A stretch of DNA of 64,000 bases from Elusimicrobiota bacterium (GCA_043811535.1 JBDRNC010000028.1:64001-128000); one strand, 5' to 3'. Shown: positions 18,896-29,086, numbered from the stretch's first letter. A program made the numbers and translations. Notes: generated from the sequence alone by a model not told the origin.

Positions 18896-20140
18896 ATGAA
18901 ACATATCATTTACGCATTTATCATCTCGGCCGCGATATCGCTTCCCTGTTTTGCGGAAACCGGCGGCACGCCGCTCACACTTGGGCGGTGTATTTCCCTC
19001 GCCCAAAAGGAAAGCGAAGGCCTTGCTATCCAGCGCGAAAGACAGGACCAGGCCGCGCAGAGAGTGAAGCAGGCAAGGGGCGGGATGCTCCCGAATTTGA
19101 AGTTCAAATACCAGAAGACATACAGGGACACCGTTGACGGCGCCTACACTACCGACCTCAATGATTCAAAAATAGCGCTGAGCCAGCCGCTTTTCTCCGG
19201 ATTCAGCAAAAAATCCTCGCTTGATTTCTCAAAAAATGAGGTTCAGAAAGAAAGCCTGAATTACGAAAGCTCGGCCAGGGATTTAAAGGCGGACGTGACG
19301 TGGACCTTCTATTCAGTCGCGCAGATCGACGGCGACATCGCTAACATCAAGAACACCAGGCAGTTGATGGAAGAAAGGCGCAGCGAACTGCTTGAAAGAG
19401 TGCGGCTCGGCAAGTCCAGGAACAGCGAAATCCTCGTGCTTGAGTCCCAGATAGCCACGCTTTCCGCGCAGGAAGAAAAGGCGCGCGCCGACCGCGCCAT
19501 AGCGGTTGAAACGCTCGCTTATCTGATCGGGTCTGACCCGGCAGGCCTTGCCGTTGCCGATGACACGCCCGCTCCCGGTCCGGCGGAGCCACTGGAAAAA
19601 TATCTTGAATCCGCTAAAAACAGGTCCGATATCGAGGCTGAAAAAAGAAATGTTTTATCCCAGCAATATAAAGTAGCCGTCGCCCGCGGCTCGCTGCTCC
19701 CGACCCTGAACCTTGACGGTTCATGGTACACCCAGCGCAGCGGCTCCATGTCAGACAGCAAGTGGGACGCGGTGTTTTCACTCGACGTGCCCCTGTTCCA
19801 GGGCGGAACGGCGCGCGGAAAAACTGACGAAGAGCTTTCCCGCCTCCGCGAGTATGAGGCCGGCCTCTCGCGCATAACGCGGGAAGTTGACACTGAGATC
19901 AGAAAACTATACCGGTCTGCCGTTTCTTCCGTAAATCAGGCGTCGGCTTATTCTGACGCCTTCGATAAGTCCGGAAAAAGCTACCAGATGCAGGTTAACG
20001 ACTACCGCTTCGGCCTTGTGAACAATCTTGACATCATTCAGTTCATGATAGTGATGCTGGATACCAAGAAAAACCTCGACCGCGCCCTTATACAATCAAA
20101 ACTTGACAGGGCGCTGCTGGAAATAGAAGCAGGCAGATAA
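18896..20140 (+). CDS. TolC-family outer membrane protein
   Basis: Signal peptide; LSQPLFSG and LDVPLFQGG. Confidence 0.88.
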   Translation: MKHIIYAFIISAAISLPCFAETGGTPLTLGRCISLAQKESEGLAIQRERQDQAAQRVKQARGGMLPNLKFKYQKTYRDTVDGAYTTDLNDSKIALSQPLFSGFSKKSSLDFSKNEVQKESLNYESSARDLKADVTWTFYSVAQIDGDIANIKNTRQLMEERRSELLERVRLGKSRNSEILVLESQIATLSAQEEKARADRAIAVETLAYLIGSDPAGLAVADDTPAPGPAEPLEKYLESAKNRSDIEAEKRNVLSQQYKVAVARGSLLPTLNLDGSWYTQRSGSMSDSKWDAVFSLDVPLFQGGTARGKTDEELSRLREYEAGLSRITREVDTEIRKLYRSAVSSVNQASAYSDAFDKSGKSYQMQVNDYRFGLVNNLDIIQFMIVMLDTKKNLDRALIQSKLDRALLEIEAGR

Positions 20141-20147
20141 TTATTCT

Positions 20148-20238
20148 GTCATTGCAAGGAGGTCGCCGCGGCGACCGACGAAGCAATCTCAGCGCTAATA
20201 ACAGGGATTGCCGCGCTCCTTTCAGTCGCTCGCAATGA
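20148..20238. repeat. REP/RPE-like nested palindrome
   Basis: GTCATTGCAAG...GGTCGCCGCGGCGACC...GCAATCT...GGATTGC...CTCGCAATGA. Confidence 0.75.
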
Positions 20239-20258
20239 AAAAGTGTTAAAGGAAACAT

Positions 20259-23200
20259 ATGTCCCTATCCGACAGTTCGATTAAAAATCCCGTATTCGCA
20301 TGGATGCTGCTTATTGGCATCGTGGCTTTCGGCATTCTCGCCTTCTGGCGGCTCGGCCTGAGCCAGCTTCCGGACGTTGATATGCCGGTAATTAACGTTT
20401 CCGTTAACTGGGAAGGCGCGTCTGCCGAGGTTGTGGAAACGGAAATAACCGATGCTCTGGAAGAGGCTGTTCTGGGTGTCCAGGGCGTGCAGGAAGTCAC
20501 GTCTACGTCGCGGAAAGGCCACGCAAACGTGACCGTGCAGTTCGATATAAGCAAAAACGTGGATACCGCGCTCCAGGAAATACAAAGCCGCATCGCCCGT
20601 GCCCAGCACGACCTGCCGCGCGACATAGATCCGCCTTTCATATCAAAATCCAATCCCGAAGACCAGCCGATATTATGGATAACGCTTTCCGGCGACAGGC
20701 CGATGAAAGAAATGATGATGTATACCCGCAATGTCCTGAAAGACCAATTTTCAACCATCGACGGCGTCGGAGAGATATCGCTCGGCGGTTTCATGGAACC
20801 GAATCTCCGCGTCTGGCTGGATGCGGACAAGATGCGCGAAAAGGAATTGACCGTGGACGACGTCGCATCCGCTATTTCGACCGAGCATTCGGAAGTCCCC
20901 GCGGGATATATTGATACCGGAAAAAAGGAAATGAACATCCGCGTGGCGGGCGAAGCCGAAACAGTGGATGAGTTTACTTCGATAATAATCCCGGCGCGCA
21001 GGGGCTCGCCGCTTTGGAAGACCTTCCGCATAGGCGACGTGGCCCGGGTTGAGGACGGAACCGAGGATGTCCGCCGCATTTCGCGGGCGAGCGGCAAGCT
21101 CGCGGTAAGCATAGGAATCCGCAAACAGCGCGGGACGAATTCCGTCAAAATAGCGAAAGAGGTAAGGGCAAAGCTCGGCGACATGCAGAAATACCTGCCC
21201 GACGGAATGAGCCTGGACATACGCTTCGATTCGACAAGATTCATAGAAGACTCCATGCATGAGATGTACTTTATATTAATACTCTCGGTTCTGCTGACCG
21301 GCACGGTCTGCTGGCTTTTTCTCGGATCGTTCAGTTCGGCTTTAAACGTCTTTCTTACCATACCGATGTCGCTGTGCGGGGCCTTTTTTGTTATTTATAT
21401 CATGGGTTTCACCCTCAACACATTCACATTGCTGGGGCTATCCCTTGTTGTCGGCATCGTGGTTGACGACGCTATAATGATGCTTGAAAACATAGTCCGG
21501 CACCGGGAATCCGGGGAAACGCGCGTGAAAGCCGCGATAAAAGGAGCGCGCGAGATCACGTTCGCCGCCATAGCGGCGTCTGTGGCGATTCTTGCCATTT
21601 TCATCCCGGTTATCTTCATGAGCGGCGTGATAGGAAGGTACTTTTTCCAGTTCGGCGTGACCATCTCGGTCGCCGTCGCCGTCTCCCTTCTCGGCGCACT
21701 GACGCTTACGCCGATGTTCTGCGCGCAGTTCCTTTCAAGCGGCCACACGACCGGGATCGGAAAGGCGATGGACAGCCTCATGAACACGCTGCGCGAAAAA
21801 TACAGGATACTGCTCGCGTGGTGCCTGAAACGCCGCTGGCAGGTAATAATCACGGCATTGCTATTGTTTTGCGGTTCGCTGTTCCTGTTCAAGACGGTCC
21901 GGCAGGAATTCGTCCCGGCCCAGGACCTGGGAATGCTGTCTGTCCGCATGCAGACCAAACCCGGCACTTCTCTGGAAATAACTGACGGGATTTTCAAGCA
22001 GGCCGAACAGATCCTGTCCAAGATGCCGTTCGTTGACAGTTATTTTGATTTTATCGGCGGTTCATCGGGAAATATAATGGTATCGCTGAAAAAACTGAAT
22101 GACCGCCCGGTAGATCCTAAGAAAAAACGGCCGCTCACCCAGCAGGAACTCATGCCTGTGCTGCGCAAGGCCCTGAAAGATATTCCCGGTACCGATAAGG
22201 TTGTGGTGCAGGATCCGTCGCTGCTTGGGCTTTCCGCCCGCCGCGGATATCCGATAGAGTTCACTATAGGCGGCCCGGACTGGGAAAAGCTGATAGAGTA
22301 CAGCGGCGTCATCGAAAAGGAAATAAACGATACGGGGCTTATGACCGACATTGACTCCGATTATGACCAGGGCCCGCCCGAACTTCAGGTCCTGCCGGAC
22401 CGGAAGAAAGCCGCGGAACGCGGCGTAAGCATCTCCGTCATCGGAAAAACCATAAACGCGCTGATAGGCGGTACGCGCGCGGGGAAGTACACCCATGACG
22501 GCCGGCGCTACGACATCCGGCTCCAGCTGGTATCCAAGGACCGCAGCCGTCCCGACGACATCAGCAAGATATGGGTCCGCAACAACCGCGGCGAGATAAT
22601 TCGGCTTTCGGATGTGGTCACGATATCCGAAAAACCCGCGCAATTGTCAATCACGCGGAAGAACCGCGAGCGCGCCATAAGAATGTTCGCCAATGTCGTG
22701 ACCGGCAAATCGCAGGCGGCGGCGCTGGAAAAAGTCCGGCAAATAGGCAAAAAGACGCTGCCTGAGGGGTACAGGCTCGTTTTCTCCGGAAGCGCCCAGA
22801 CATTTCAGGAATCATTCAACAGTTTATATCTCGTGCTGTTCCTCGGCATTTTCGTGGCGTACATGGTGCTGGGCACCCAGTTCAACAGTTTTGTCCATCC
22901 GTTCACGGTGCTGCTCGCCCTGCCGTTCAGCATATCGGGCGCTCTGCTCGCGCTTGAAATTACCGGCCGCTCATTGAATATCTACAGCGCTATCGGGTTG
23001 ATACTGCTGATGGGCATAGTCAAGAAAAACTCCATACTGCTTGTGGATTTCACCAACCGCCGGCGCGACGAGGGCATGGCAGTCAACGATGCTCTTCTTA
23101 ACGCCTGTCCCATACGGCTCCGCCCGATACTCATGACTTCCATCGCGACGATCTCGGCCGCCGTGCCTCCCGCGCTCGCTCTGGGGCCGGGAGCCGAAAC

Positions 23201-23360
23201 CCGCATCCCGATGGCTGTCGTCGTCATAGGCGGCGTCATGCTTTCAACGTTGTTGACATTATTCGTAGTTCCGTGCGTTTACAGTTTGGTTTCAAAACTT
23301 GAAAGCGTTAAGCACAGAAAAGATGTCCGCGACGCGCTGGGCGAACTCGCTAAATCGTGA
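20259..23360 (+). CDS. RND efflux permease (AcrB family)
   Basis: GIVVDDAIMMLENI, GIVKKNSILLVDF, RLRPILMT. Confidence 0.95.
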   Translation: MSLSDSSIKNPVFAWMLLIGIVAFGILAFWRLGLSQLPDVDMPVINVSVNWEGASAEVVETEITDALEEAVLGVQGVQEVTSTSRKGHANVTVQFDISKNVDTALQEIQSRIARAQHDLPRDIDPPFISKSNPEDQPILWITLSGDRPMKEMMMYTRNVLKDQFSTIDGVGEISLGGFMEPNLRVWLDADKMREKELTVDDVASAISTEHSEVPAGYIDTGKKEMNIRVAGEAETVDEFTSIIIPARRGSPLWKTFRIGDVARVEDGTEDVRRISRASGKLAVSIGIRKQRGTNSVKIAKEVRAKLGDMQKYLPDGMSLDIRFDSTRFIEDSMHEMYFILILSVLLTGTVCWLFLGSFSSALNVFLTIPMSLCGAFFVIYIMGFTLNTFTLLGLSLVVGIVVDDAIMMLENIVRHRESGETRVKAAIKGAREITFAAIAASVAILAIFIPVIFMSGVIGRYFFQFGVTISVAVAVSLLGALTLTPMFCAQFLSSGHTTGIGKAMDSLMNTLREKYRILLAWCLKRRWQVIITALLLFCGSLFLFKTVRQEFVPAQDLGMLSVRMQTKPGTSLEITDGIFKQAEQILSKMPFVDSYFDFIGGSSGNIMVSLKKLNDRPVDPKKKRPLTQQELMPVLRKALKDIPGTDKVVVQDPSLLGLSARRGYPIEFTIGGPDWEKLIEYSGVIEKEINDTGLMTDIDSDYDQGPPELQVLPDRKKAAERGVSISVIGKTINALIGGTRAGKYTHDGRRYDIRLQLVSKDRSRPDDISKIWVRNNRGEIIRLSDVVTISEKPAQLSITRKNRERAIRMFANVVTGKSQAAALEKVRQIGKKTLPEGYRLVFSGSAQTFQESFNSLYLVLFLGIFVAYMVLGTQFNSFVHPFTVLLALPFSISGALLALEITGRSLNIYSAIGLILLMGIVKKNSILLVDFTNRRRDEGMAVNDALLNACPIRLRPILMTSIATISAAVPPALALGPGAETRIPMAVVVIGGVMLSTLLTLFVVPCVYSLVSKLESVKHRKDVRDALGELAKS

Positions 23361-23403
23361 TTTCGCAAGGTTTATCCTAATATCAAACCCTAGAGTTTTC
23401 AAA

Positions 23404-25011
23404 ATGACTTTCCGCTATAAATTATCCCTGATAATTTTCGGCATTGTTCTCGGTTTGCTGCTTTTGGAAACAGCCGCGCAGCTAATCAAGGGCACTCCGC
23501 CGCCCCTTGACACGGATAAGACCTTTGCCACATATACCTATGTAGACATCTACAAGGACTTCTTCAAGCTTGACAGGTCAAAAGGCATGTACAGGAACGC
23601 CCGCTGGCGCTCAAAACCCTCCGAATTCCCGGATTTCAAGAGATTCAATGAGAAAAGGGTTTTCATTATCGGGGAATCCGTCGCGTTTTATTTTCAGGAC
23701 CAATTCCTATTGGAAAAGCTTAAAATCATCGCCCCGCAGTATGACTGGAAAGTAATCAACTGCGGCATGTCTTCATACGACAGCTACAGGATCGGGATTG
23801 TTTTCAAAGAGATCGTAAAATACGAGCCTGATCTCGTTATTATCATGAACGGCAACAATGTCGGGCTGGTCAACCCGGTAAAGATCAATCATTGGATCTA
23901 CAAATACAGGGTGCTTGCAAGATTTTGGGTCACAAGGGCCGTGACGAATTTTCTGAATCCCCCTGTTTCCCTCAAAAAAGCGGAATTGGACGAATTATTC
24001 AGGAAAAATATGTCCGAAATAGCCGCAGCGGCCAAAAAACGCGGTATTCCGCTCGCGCTGTTCACTCTCCCTCTCAATCACCATCTTCCGGTAGAAATGA
24101 CCGCTTATGAAAATCATGAATTTTTTTCAGCGCTGTGGCTCATTGACAAGAATCCTAAAAAAGCGATAGAACTTTTCGAAAAAATCCGGACTCCTGAAAA
24201 CAGGTACTGCTGGTTCCTGGCCAGGTCATACGAGAAACTGGGACAGCCTTTAAAAGCGGAACAATATTACCGTGAAAATATTGACAAGCTTCATTATGAA
24301 GTAAACGAAATAATCAGGGAAATCGCCGAGGGCGATCCCTCTGTACTTGTTGTTGACTATGCGAAGTATGTACTGGAAAAGACCCGCGATAATCCCGGCT
24401 TCGAAGTATTTTTTGATGAATGCCATTTCTGGCCTATCTTGAATTATCCCGTGGCCGAGCAGATAATCGAGTGTGTTTACGGTCATAACCTGAAATTCAA
24501 CACCTCCATACTTTTCAAGCCGCAGGAAGCGGATTTTGAAAAATTCAAAAGCACTCTTACGGACTGGAACGGACTGCTGAAAGACAACATGAAACTTATT
24601 GAAACGCAAAAGGAATATTGCTTCTATCAATTCATCCATGAACTTACAAAACCGAGTTGGGACCGCAACGTGAATTCCAATCAGATATGCGGCTACTACT
24701 ACAAGTTTATTCCGAATTTCTTTGAAGATTTTATCAACTACGCGCCGAAATCGCTGGACAACATGGATTATGCTCTGTCGCGCGTAGGAGAAACGCTTAA
24801 AGAACACAATAATTACGAAAAGGCACGGTTTTATTTCTCAAAATCAATAGCTCAGAATCCGGAACTCGCATTGACATACATGTTCAGGGGGCTGTGTTAT
24901 TACGACATGGGGAATAAAGAAATCGCTGACATGGATTTTGCCACGCTTAAAATGAAAGACAATAGATTTGAATGGCTTAATTCCGCCTATCTCGATTCCC
25001 TTTTGAAATAA
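23404..25011 (+). CDS. Membrane-anchored SGNH-hydrolase-like protein with TPR repeats
   Basis: TM anchor; IIGESVA, NCGMSSYDS, GNN, DECH (SGNH blocks I, II, III, V); TPR-like C-terminus. Confidence 0.7.
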   Translation: MTFRYKLSLIIFGIVLGLLLLETAAQLIKGTPPPLDTDKTFATYTYVDIYKDFFKLDRSKGMYRNARWRSKPSEFPDFKRFNEKRVFIIGESVAFYFQDQFLLEKLKIIAPQYDWKVINCGMSSYDSYRIGIVFKEIVKYEPDLVIIMNGNNVGLVNPVKINHWIYKYRVLARFWVTRAVTNFLNPPVSLKKAELDELFRKNMSEIAAAAKKRGIPLALFTLPLNHHLPVEMTAYENHEFFSALWLIDKNPKKAIELFEKIRTPENRYCWFLARSYEKLGQPLKAEQYYRENIDKLHYEVNEIIREIAEGDPSVLVVDYAKYVLEKTRDNPGFEVFFDECHFWPILNYPVAEQIIECVYGHNLKFNTSILFKPQEADFEKFKSTLTDWNGLLKDNMKLIETQKEYCFYQFIHELTKPSWDRNVNSNQICGYYYKFIPNFFEDFINYAPKSLDNMDYALSRVGETLKEHNNYEKARFYFSKSIAQNPELALTYMFRGLCYYDMGNKEIADMDFATLKMKDNRFEWLNSAYLDSLLK

Positions 25012-26337
25012 ATGAAAAAATTACTGCTCGCCGCCTGCCTTATTGCCTTTTATTCAATTCTATTTGCTGAAATTATTAAAAATATCGAGATAACCGGCAA
25101 CAGAGTCAATGAATCCGTCATAAGAAGCCGGCTTGCCTTTAAAGAAGGCGACATTCTTGACGAAGCGAAAATAGAGCAAAGCAAATCCAACCTGTATTCC
25201 CTCGGGCTGTTCAAATCGCTGGAGATCAGCAGTAAAACCGTTGATTCATCCGGCGGCATCTCGGTAACCGTTGACGCCCGCGACGGCTGGTTCGTTCTCC
25301 CCTGGCCGTTTTTCGGCAGCCGCGGAGGCACAAGATACGCGGGCGGCATGATAATTGAGCAGAATTTCTTTAAAAAAGCCGAAAGGATATTCTTTTTCGG
25401 GAGTTATCAGGATAATTCTTCGCTCAATACCGTATCGCTCATGCTGCCGGATTTCACGATAGGGGTTATGGTTGACAAGCGCTCTCAAACCGAATACCGC
25501 TATTCAGACGGAGCGTTTAACTCCAGCCTTCTTTCGTGGGATGATATGTCAAAATTCGCAAAATACGGAAAGATATCGGACTCTTATGAAAAAGAATCGG
25601 ATTCTTTCCGGTTCAGCGCGGGAAAACCTGTCAATAAAAATCTGTCGGTCTCACTGGCTGTATTTTCCGGAAATATCATCTATAGAAATCCGGCGTCAGC
25701 TCCCGGGGATGAAGGAAGAATTAACGCCGTTCAAGTGTCGGGTTCTTACGGCAAAATGGAGTCGCGCGCCGACATGTTGTCTGGTTTCGGCAGGATATTC
25801 GGGCTTGGAATGGCCGACTTGAATGATAAATTGAAGCCGCTCGCAGAATCAAAGACTTACTACGGGTTCCAGGCGTCACTGGAGAATTCAAACAAGGGTA
25901 TCGGCTCGGATTTTGAATATAACAAGGCCTCGCTGTCCGCAAGCCGGACAACGGTATTCCGCGACAGGAGCCAGTTATCACTGTCTGCGAAAACTGGCTT
26001 CGGCTCCGGCGTGCCCTTCAGCCAGCTGTTCGCGACAAGCAGAAGGGAAGGATTAAAAGGAACTTACGCGAGGGAATTCAGGGGCGACGCGATAGCGGCG
26101 GCGAACGCCTCTTACAGGCATTCGTTTTCCAGGAACAGCATCGGCCAGCTGAACGGCGAGATATTCGCGGAATACGCGGCAGTATACCTTAACGGAACTC
26201 AAAAAGAAAAGGAAGGAGCCGGCCTCAACCTGGTTTATCAGTTCTGGCGGTTCCCTCTGCCTATCGGATTCGGTTACACTTACTGTTTTGACGATTACGA
26301 CTGGCAGGCGTCGGTGGGCGTAGGGGGATTCTTTTAA
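25012..26337 (+). CDS. Omp85/BamA-TamA-like outer membrane protein with one POTRA domain
   Basis: IKNIEITGN...NLYSLGLFKS POTRA; beta-rich C-terminus ending in F. Confidence 0.7.
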   Translation: MKKLLLAACLIAFYSILFAEIIKNIEITGNRVNESVIRSRLAFKEGDILDEAKIEQSKSNLYSLGLFKSLEISSKTVDSSGGISVTVDARDGWFVLPWPFFGSRGGTRYAGGMIIEQNFFKKAERIFFFGSYQDNSSLNTVSLMLPDFTIGVMVDKRSQTEYRYSDGAFNSSLLSWDDMSKFAKYGKISDSYEKESDSFRFSAGKPVNKNLSVSLAVFSGNIIYRNPASAPGDEGRINAVQVSGSYGKMESRADMLSGFGRIFGLGMADLNDKLKPLAESKTYYGFQASLENSNKGIGSDFEYNKASLSASRTTVFRDRSQLSLSAKTGFGSGVPFSQLFATSRREGLKGTYAREFRGDAIAAANASYRHSFSRNSIGQLNGEIFAEYAAVYLNGTQKEKEGAGLNLVYQFWRFPLPIGFGYTYCFDDYDWQASVGVGGFF

Positions 26338-26340
26338 CAG

Positions 26341-26375
26341 CAGGGTCCAGTTTCAAGGGTCCAGGGTCCAGGATT
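26341..26375. repeat. Heptamer half-array (CAGGGTC)
   Basis: CAGGGTC CAGTTTC AAGGGTC CAGGGTC CAGGATT. Confidence 0.75.
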
Positions 26376-26423
26376 TAGAACTGTATTTTACAAACAACAA
26401 TCAAAAAGTTATAATTCACTTTG

Positions 26424-26531
26424 TTTCCCCTCTTTCATAAAGTAAGTCTTTGGACCCCGTGTAGTCTGGGGAAGCGGTCAGGGGATCCGCCGCGGCGGAC
26501 CCCTCATTCCCCCTTTATAAAAGGGGGAGAT
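26424..26531. repeat. Cluster of GC-rich hairpins (REP-like)
   Basis: TCCGCCGCGGCGGA and TCCCCCTTT-ATA-AAAGGGGGA. Confidence 0.6.
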
Positions 26532-26541
26532 AAAAGGAATC

Positions 26542-27282
26542 GTGAAAAAGATAATAATATCTTCAACTAAAAATCCGGATATCAAGCATATCAGGAAACT
26601 GCTTGACGACAGGCAGTACCGCTACGAGCGCGGGGAATATGTTGTTGAAGGCATAAACACGCTTGATAACCTGGGCATCCCTAAAAAGCTGTACGTGCGC
26701 GAGGGGTGCGAAATCCCGTCAGTCAACTGCGAAACTGTCTTTATCCTACCCGAGATTGTCTTTAACGCCGTATCTTCAACCGAAAACAGCCGCGGAGTCA
26801 TCGCGATTGTCCCCCTAAAACTGCTGACGGCAAAGGATATCGATAAAAACGGTCGCTATGTTTTTCTGGACAGGATACAGGACCCCGGCAATTTAGGCGC
26901 GATAATGAGAAGCGCGTGCGCCTTCGGATATAAAGGCATAATTGTCACGCCCGGCACGGTAGATCCTTTCTCACCTAAATCCGTAAGGGCCGCTGCAAGC
27001 GCCTTTAACACGATGGATATAGTTAAAATTGAGAATGCCGCTCAGCTGGAAGGTTTATATGTGATAGCCGCGGATATGAAGGGAAAGGATATTTCGGGTT
27101 ACGCCTGGCCTCAGGCATTTATCCTGGCTTTCGGAAACGAAGGGGCGGGAATTTCTGAGGAACTCCGCAAATCGGCAAAGGACACCGTGTCCATACCGAT
27201 GCTTGGTAACATAGAATCGCTCAACGCCGCGGCTTCCGCCGCCATAATAATGTACAGCTCAACGCATAAAGACAGTATCTAG
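26542..27282 (+). CDS. TrmH/SpoU-family RNA 2'-O-methyltransferase
   Basis: LDRIQDPGNLGAIMRSA, FGNEGAG, IPM..ESLNAA. Confidence 0.92.
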   Translation: MKKIIISSTKNPDIKHIRKLLDDRQYRYERGEYVVEGINTLDNLGIPKKLYVREGCEIPSVNCETVFILPEIVFNAVSSTENSRGVIAIVPLKLLTAKDIDKNGRYVFLDRIQDPGNLGAIMRSACAFGYKGIIVTPGTVDPFSPKSVRAAASAFNTMDIVKIENAAQLEGLYVIAADMKGKDISGYAWPQAFILAFGNEGAGISEELRKSAKDTVSIPMLGNIESLNAAASAAIIMYSSTHKDSI

Positions 27283-27298
27283 TAAAAGGTAAAAACTA

Positions 27299-28600
27299 TT
27301 AATTCATAATGCGCTCAACGGCTTTTATGGCGTCGATGGCAGAGCTCATTATACCACCCGCGTAACCGGATCCCTCGCCGATAGGATATAGATTACCCAG
27401 ATTCTCGGCTTCATAGTTTTCCCCTCGCCTAATCCTTAAAGGACAAGTAGTCCTTGTTTCCGCTCCCAGCAGTATCCCGTGTTCCGATACAAATAACGGA
27501 TATTCCAATTTCCACGCATTGAAGGCTTCCCTGAGTGAAACGCAAACGAAATTCGGGAATATCAGGTTCATACTGGCGGATGCGGTGCCGGTTTTGCACG
27601 AATTTTCATTTAAATTAGCTGATATACGCCCTGAAAGAAAATCCGTCAGATTCTGCGCCGGCACCTTCCAGTTACCGCCTCCGGCGTTGAATGCCTTCCT
27701 TTCTATCTCTCTCTGAAATTCTATGCCTGCCAGCGGATCCGCTGACCCGAAATCATCAGTTTTGCAGGCTACAACTATAGCCGAATTCGAAAAAGCCGAA
27801 GTCCTGCCGGAGTAGCTCATGCCGTTTAATGCCAGCAGGCCGTTTTCCGAAGAGGCATTGACTATCTCGCCGCCCGGGCACATGCAGAATGTGGCTACGC
27901 CTCTCCCCGTTTTCAGTTTATTATGCGTAAAGGAATAATTATCCGCTTTGCCGCCTGATGCCTCTCCGTATCTGAAGCGGTTTGCAATTTCTACGGGGTG
28001 CTCTATTCTTATTCCTACAGATATAGGCTTCTGTTCCATAATGACACCCTTTTCATTGAGCACCCCAAACGTATCGCGCGCTGAATGTCCGATGGCAAGA
28101 TAGATGCATGAGGAGCGATATTCCTTATTGCCGTTTATCACAACGCCGGCTGCATTTTTCTCCAAAATTATGATATCCGTCATTTTCGAGCTGTAATGAA
28201 TCTCCCCGCCTTTCTCAAGTATGTGATCTCTGATGTTTGCGACTATTTTGCACAGGACATCCGTGCCAAGGTGCGGCTTGCCGATGCTTCTGATATTCTC
28301 CGGAGCTCCGAACCTGATAAAAGTATCAAGCGCTTTTTGCGCTTCTGCCGAATTCCTGCCGGGCTTTGAAAATAGTTTGCCGTCGGAATAGGAACCCGCT
28401 CCGCCTTCGCCGAACTGGATGTTGGATTCTTCATTCAGCACCTTTTCCTTGATGAATCTTTGAATATCAACCGAACGCTCTTCCAGCTTCCTGCCTCTTT
28501 CAAATATCAAGGGCTTGATGCCGCGCTCAACAAGTTCAAGGGCGGCGAACATCCCCGCCGGCCCAAATCCGATGATGACAGGTTTTTCGTTATTTTTCAA
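27299..28600 (-). CDS. FAD-dependent oxidoreductase (COG2509-like)
   Basis: IIGFGPAG, FGEGGAGSYSDGKL, TFCMCPGG, GEGSGYAGGIMSSA. Confidence 0.85.
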   Translation of the reverse strand: MKNNEKPVIIGFGPAGMFAALELVERGIKPLIFERGRKLEERSVDIQRFIKEKVLNEESNIQFGEGGAGSYSDGKLFSKPGRNSAEAQKALDTFIRFGAPENIRSIGKPHLGTDVLCKIVANIRDHILEKGGEIHYSSKMTDIIILEKNAAGVVINGNKEYRSSCIYLAIGHSARDTFGVLNEKGVIMEQKPISVGIRIEHPVEIANRFRYGEASGGKADNYSFTHNKLKTGRGVATFCMCPGGEIVNASSENGLLALNGMSYSGRTSAFSNSAIVVACKTDDFGSADPLAGIEFQREIERKAFNAGGGNWKVPAQNLTDFLSGRISANLNENSCKTGTASASMNLIFPNFVCVSLREAFNAWKLEYPLFVSEHGILLGAETRTTCPLRIRRGENYEAENLGNLYPIGEGSGYAGGIMSSAIDAIKAVERIMN

Positions 28601-28617
28601 TCAATCGCCTTTCTATT

Positions 28618-28677
28618 TGCAGTTTTTCTAGTCACTGATCACCAGTCACTAGTCACTGTTTTTATTCATCCGCAACA
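28618..28677. repeat. Heptamer half-array (YAGTCAC) plus hgcB 3' end; homologous to 32593-32646
   Basis: TAGTCAC TGATCAC CAGTCAC TAGTCAC. Confidence 0.85.
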
Positions 28678-29046
28678 CGGCGCCGCGGAACCTTTTCCTT
28701 TCTTGCTTGTGTACGCGTTTATCACCGCGGCCGCGCAGCCGACACCGGCCTGAACCTTGATAGCACCCGACGGACAGTTCCTTTTGCACGCTCCGCACTC
28801 CATACACAGGTCTTTATCCGTCATAACCGCTTTCTTTTCTTCCCGCCACGTTTGAGATGAAAAGTCATTATCATCAGATTGTGGCGGATTTCGCCCCGAT
28901 TTGCCATGAACGCTGATATTCTCATCTGATTTCATTCGGGGCTCAACCTGAAATATCCTGTGCGGGCATACTTCAGCGCACCTTCCGCATCCCGAACATT
29001 TTGAAGTGTCGTATTCTAGCGTCGTAACATTTGATAGATATCTCAT
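28666..29046 (-). CDS. hgcB: Mercury methylation ferredoxin HgcB with a ~34-aa insert
   Basis: CSGCGRCAEVCP, CMECGACKRNCP, GVGCA, C-terminal CCG; downstream of hgcA. Confidence 0.93.
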   Translation of the reverse strand: MRYLSNVTTLEYDTSKCSGCGRCAEVCPHRIFQVEPRMKSDENISVHGKSGRNPPQSDDNDFSSQTWREEKKAVMTDKDLCMECGACKRNCPSGAIKVQAGVGCAAAVINAYTSKKGKGSAAPCCG

Positions 29047-29086
29047 TGAGCACCTCTTGTGTTTTATTGAATTGCTTTATGCGAAA

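Noticed and set aside
28636..28668. Selenocysteine readthrough of TGA after CCG in hgcB or the small thioredoxin
   Set aside because: Readthrough gives only a few repeat-derived codons before another stop, with no SECIS-like stem. The HgcA N-terminus has CNC and no in-frame TGA.
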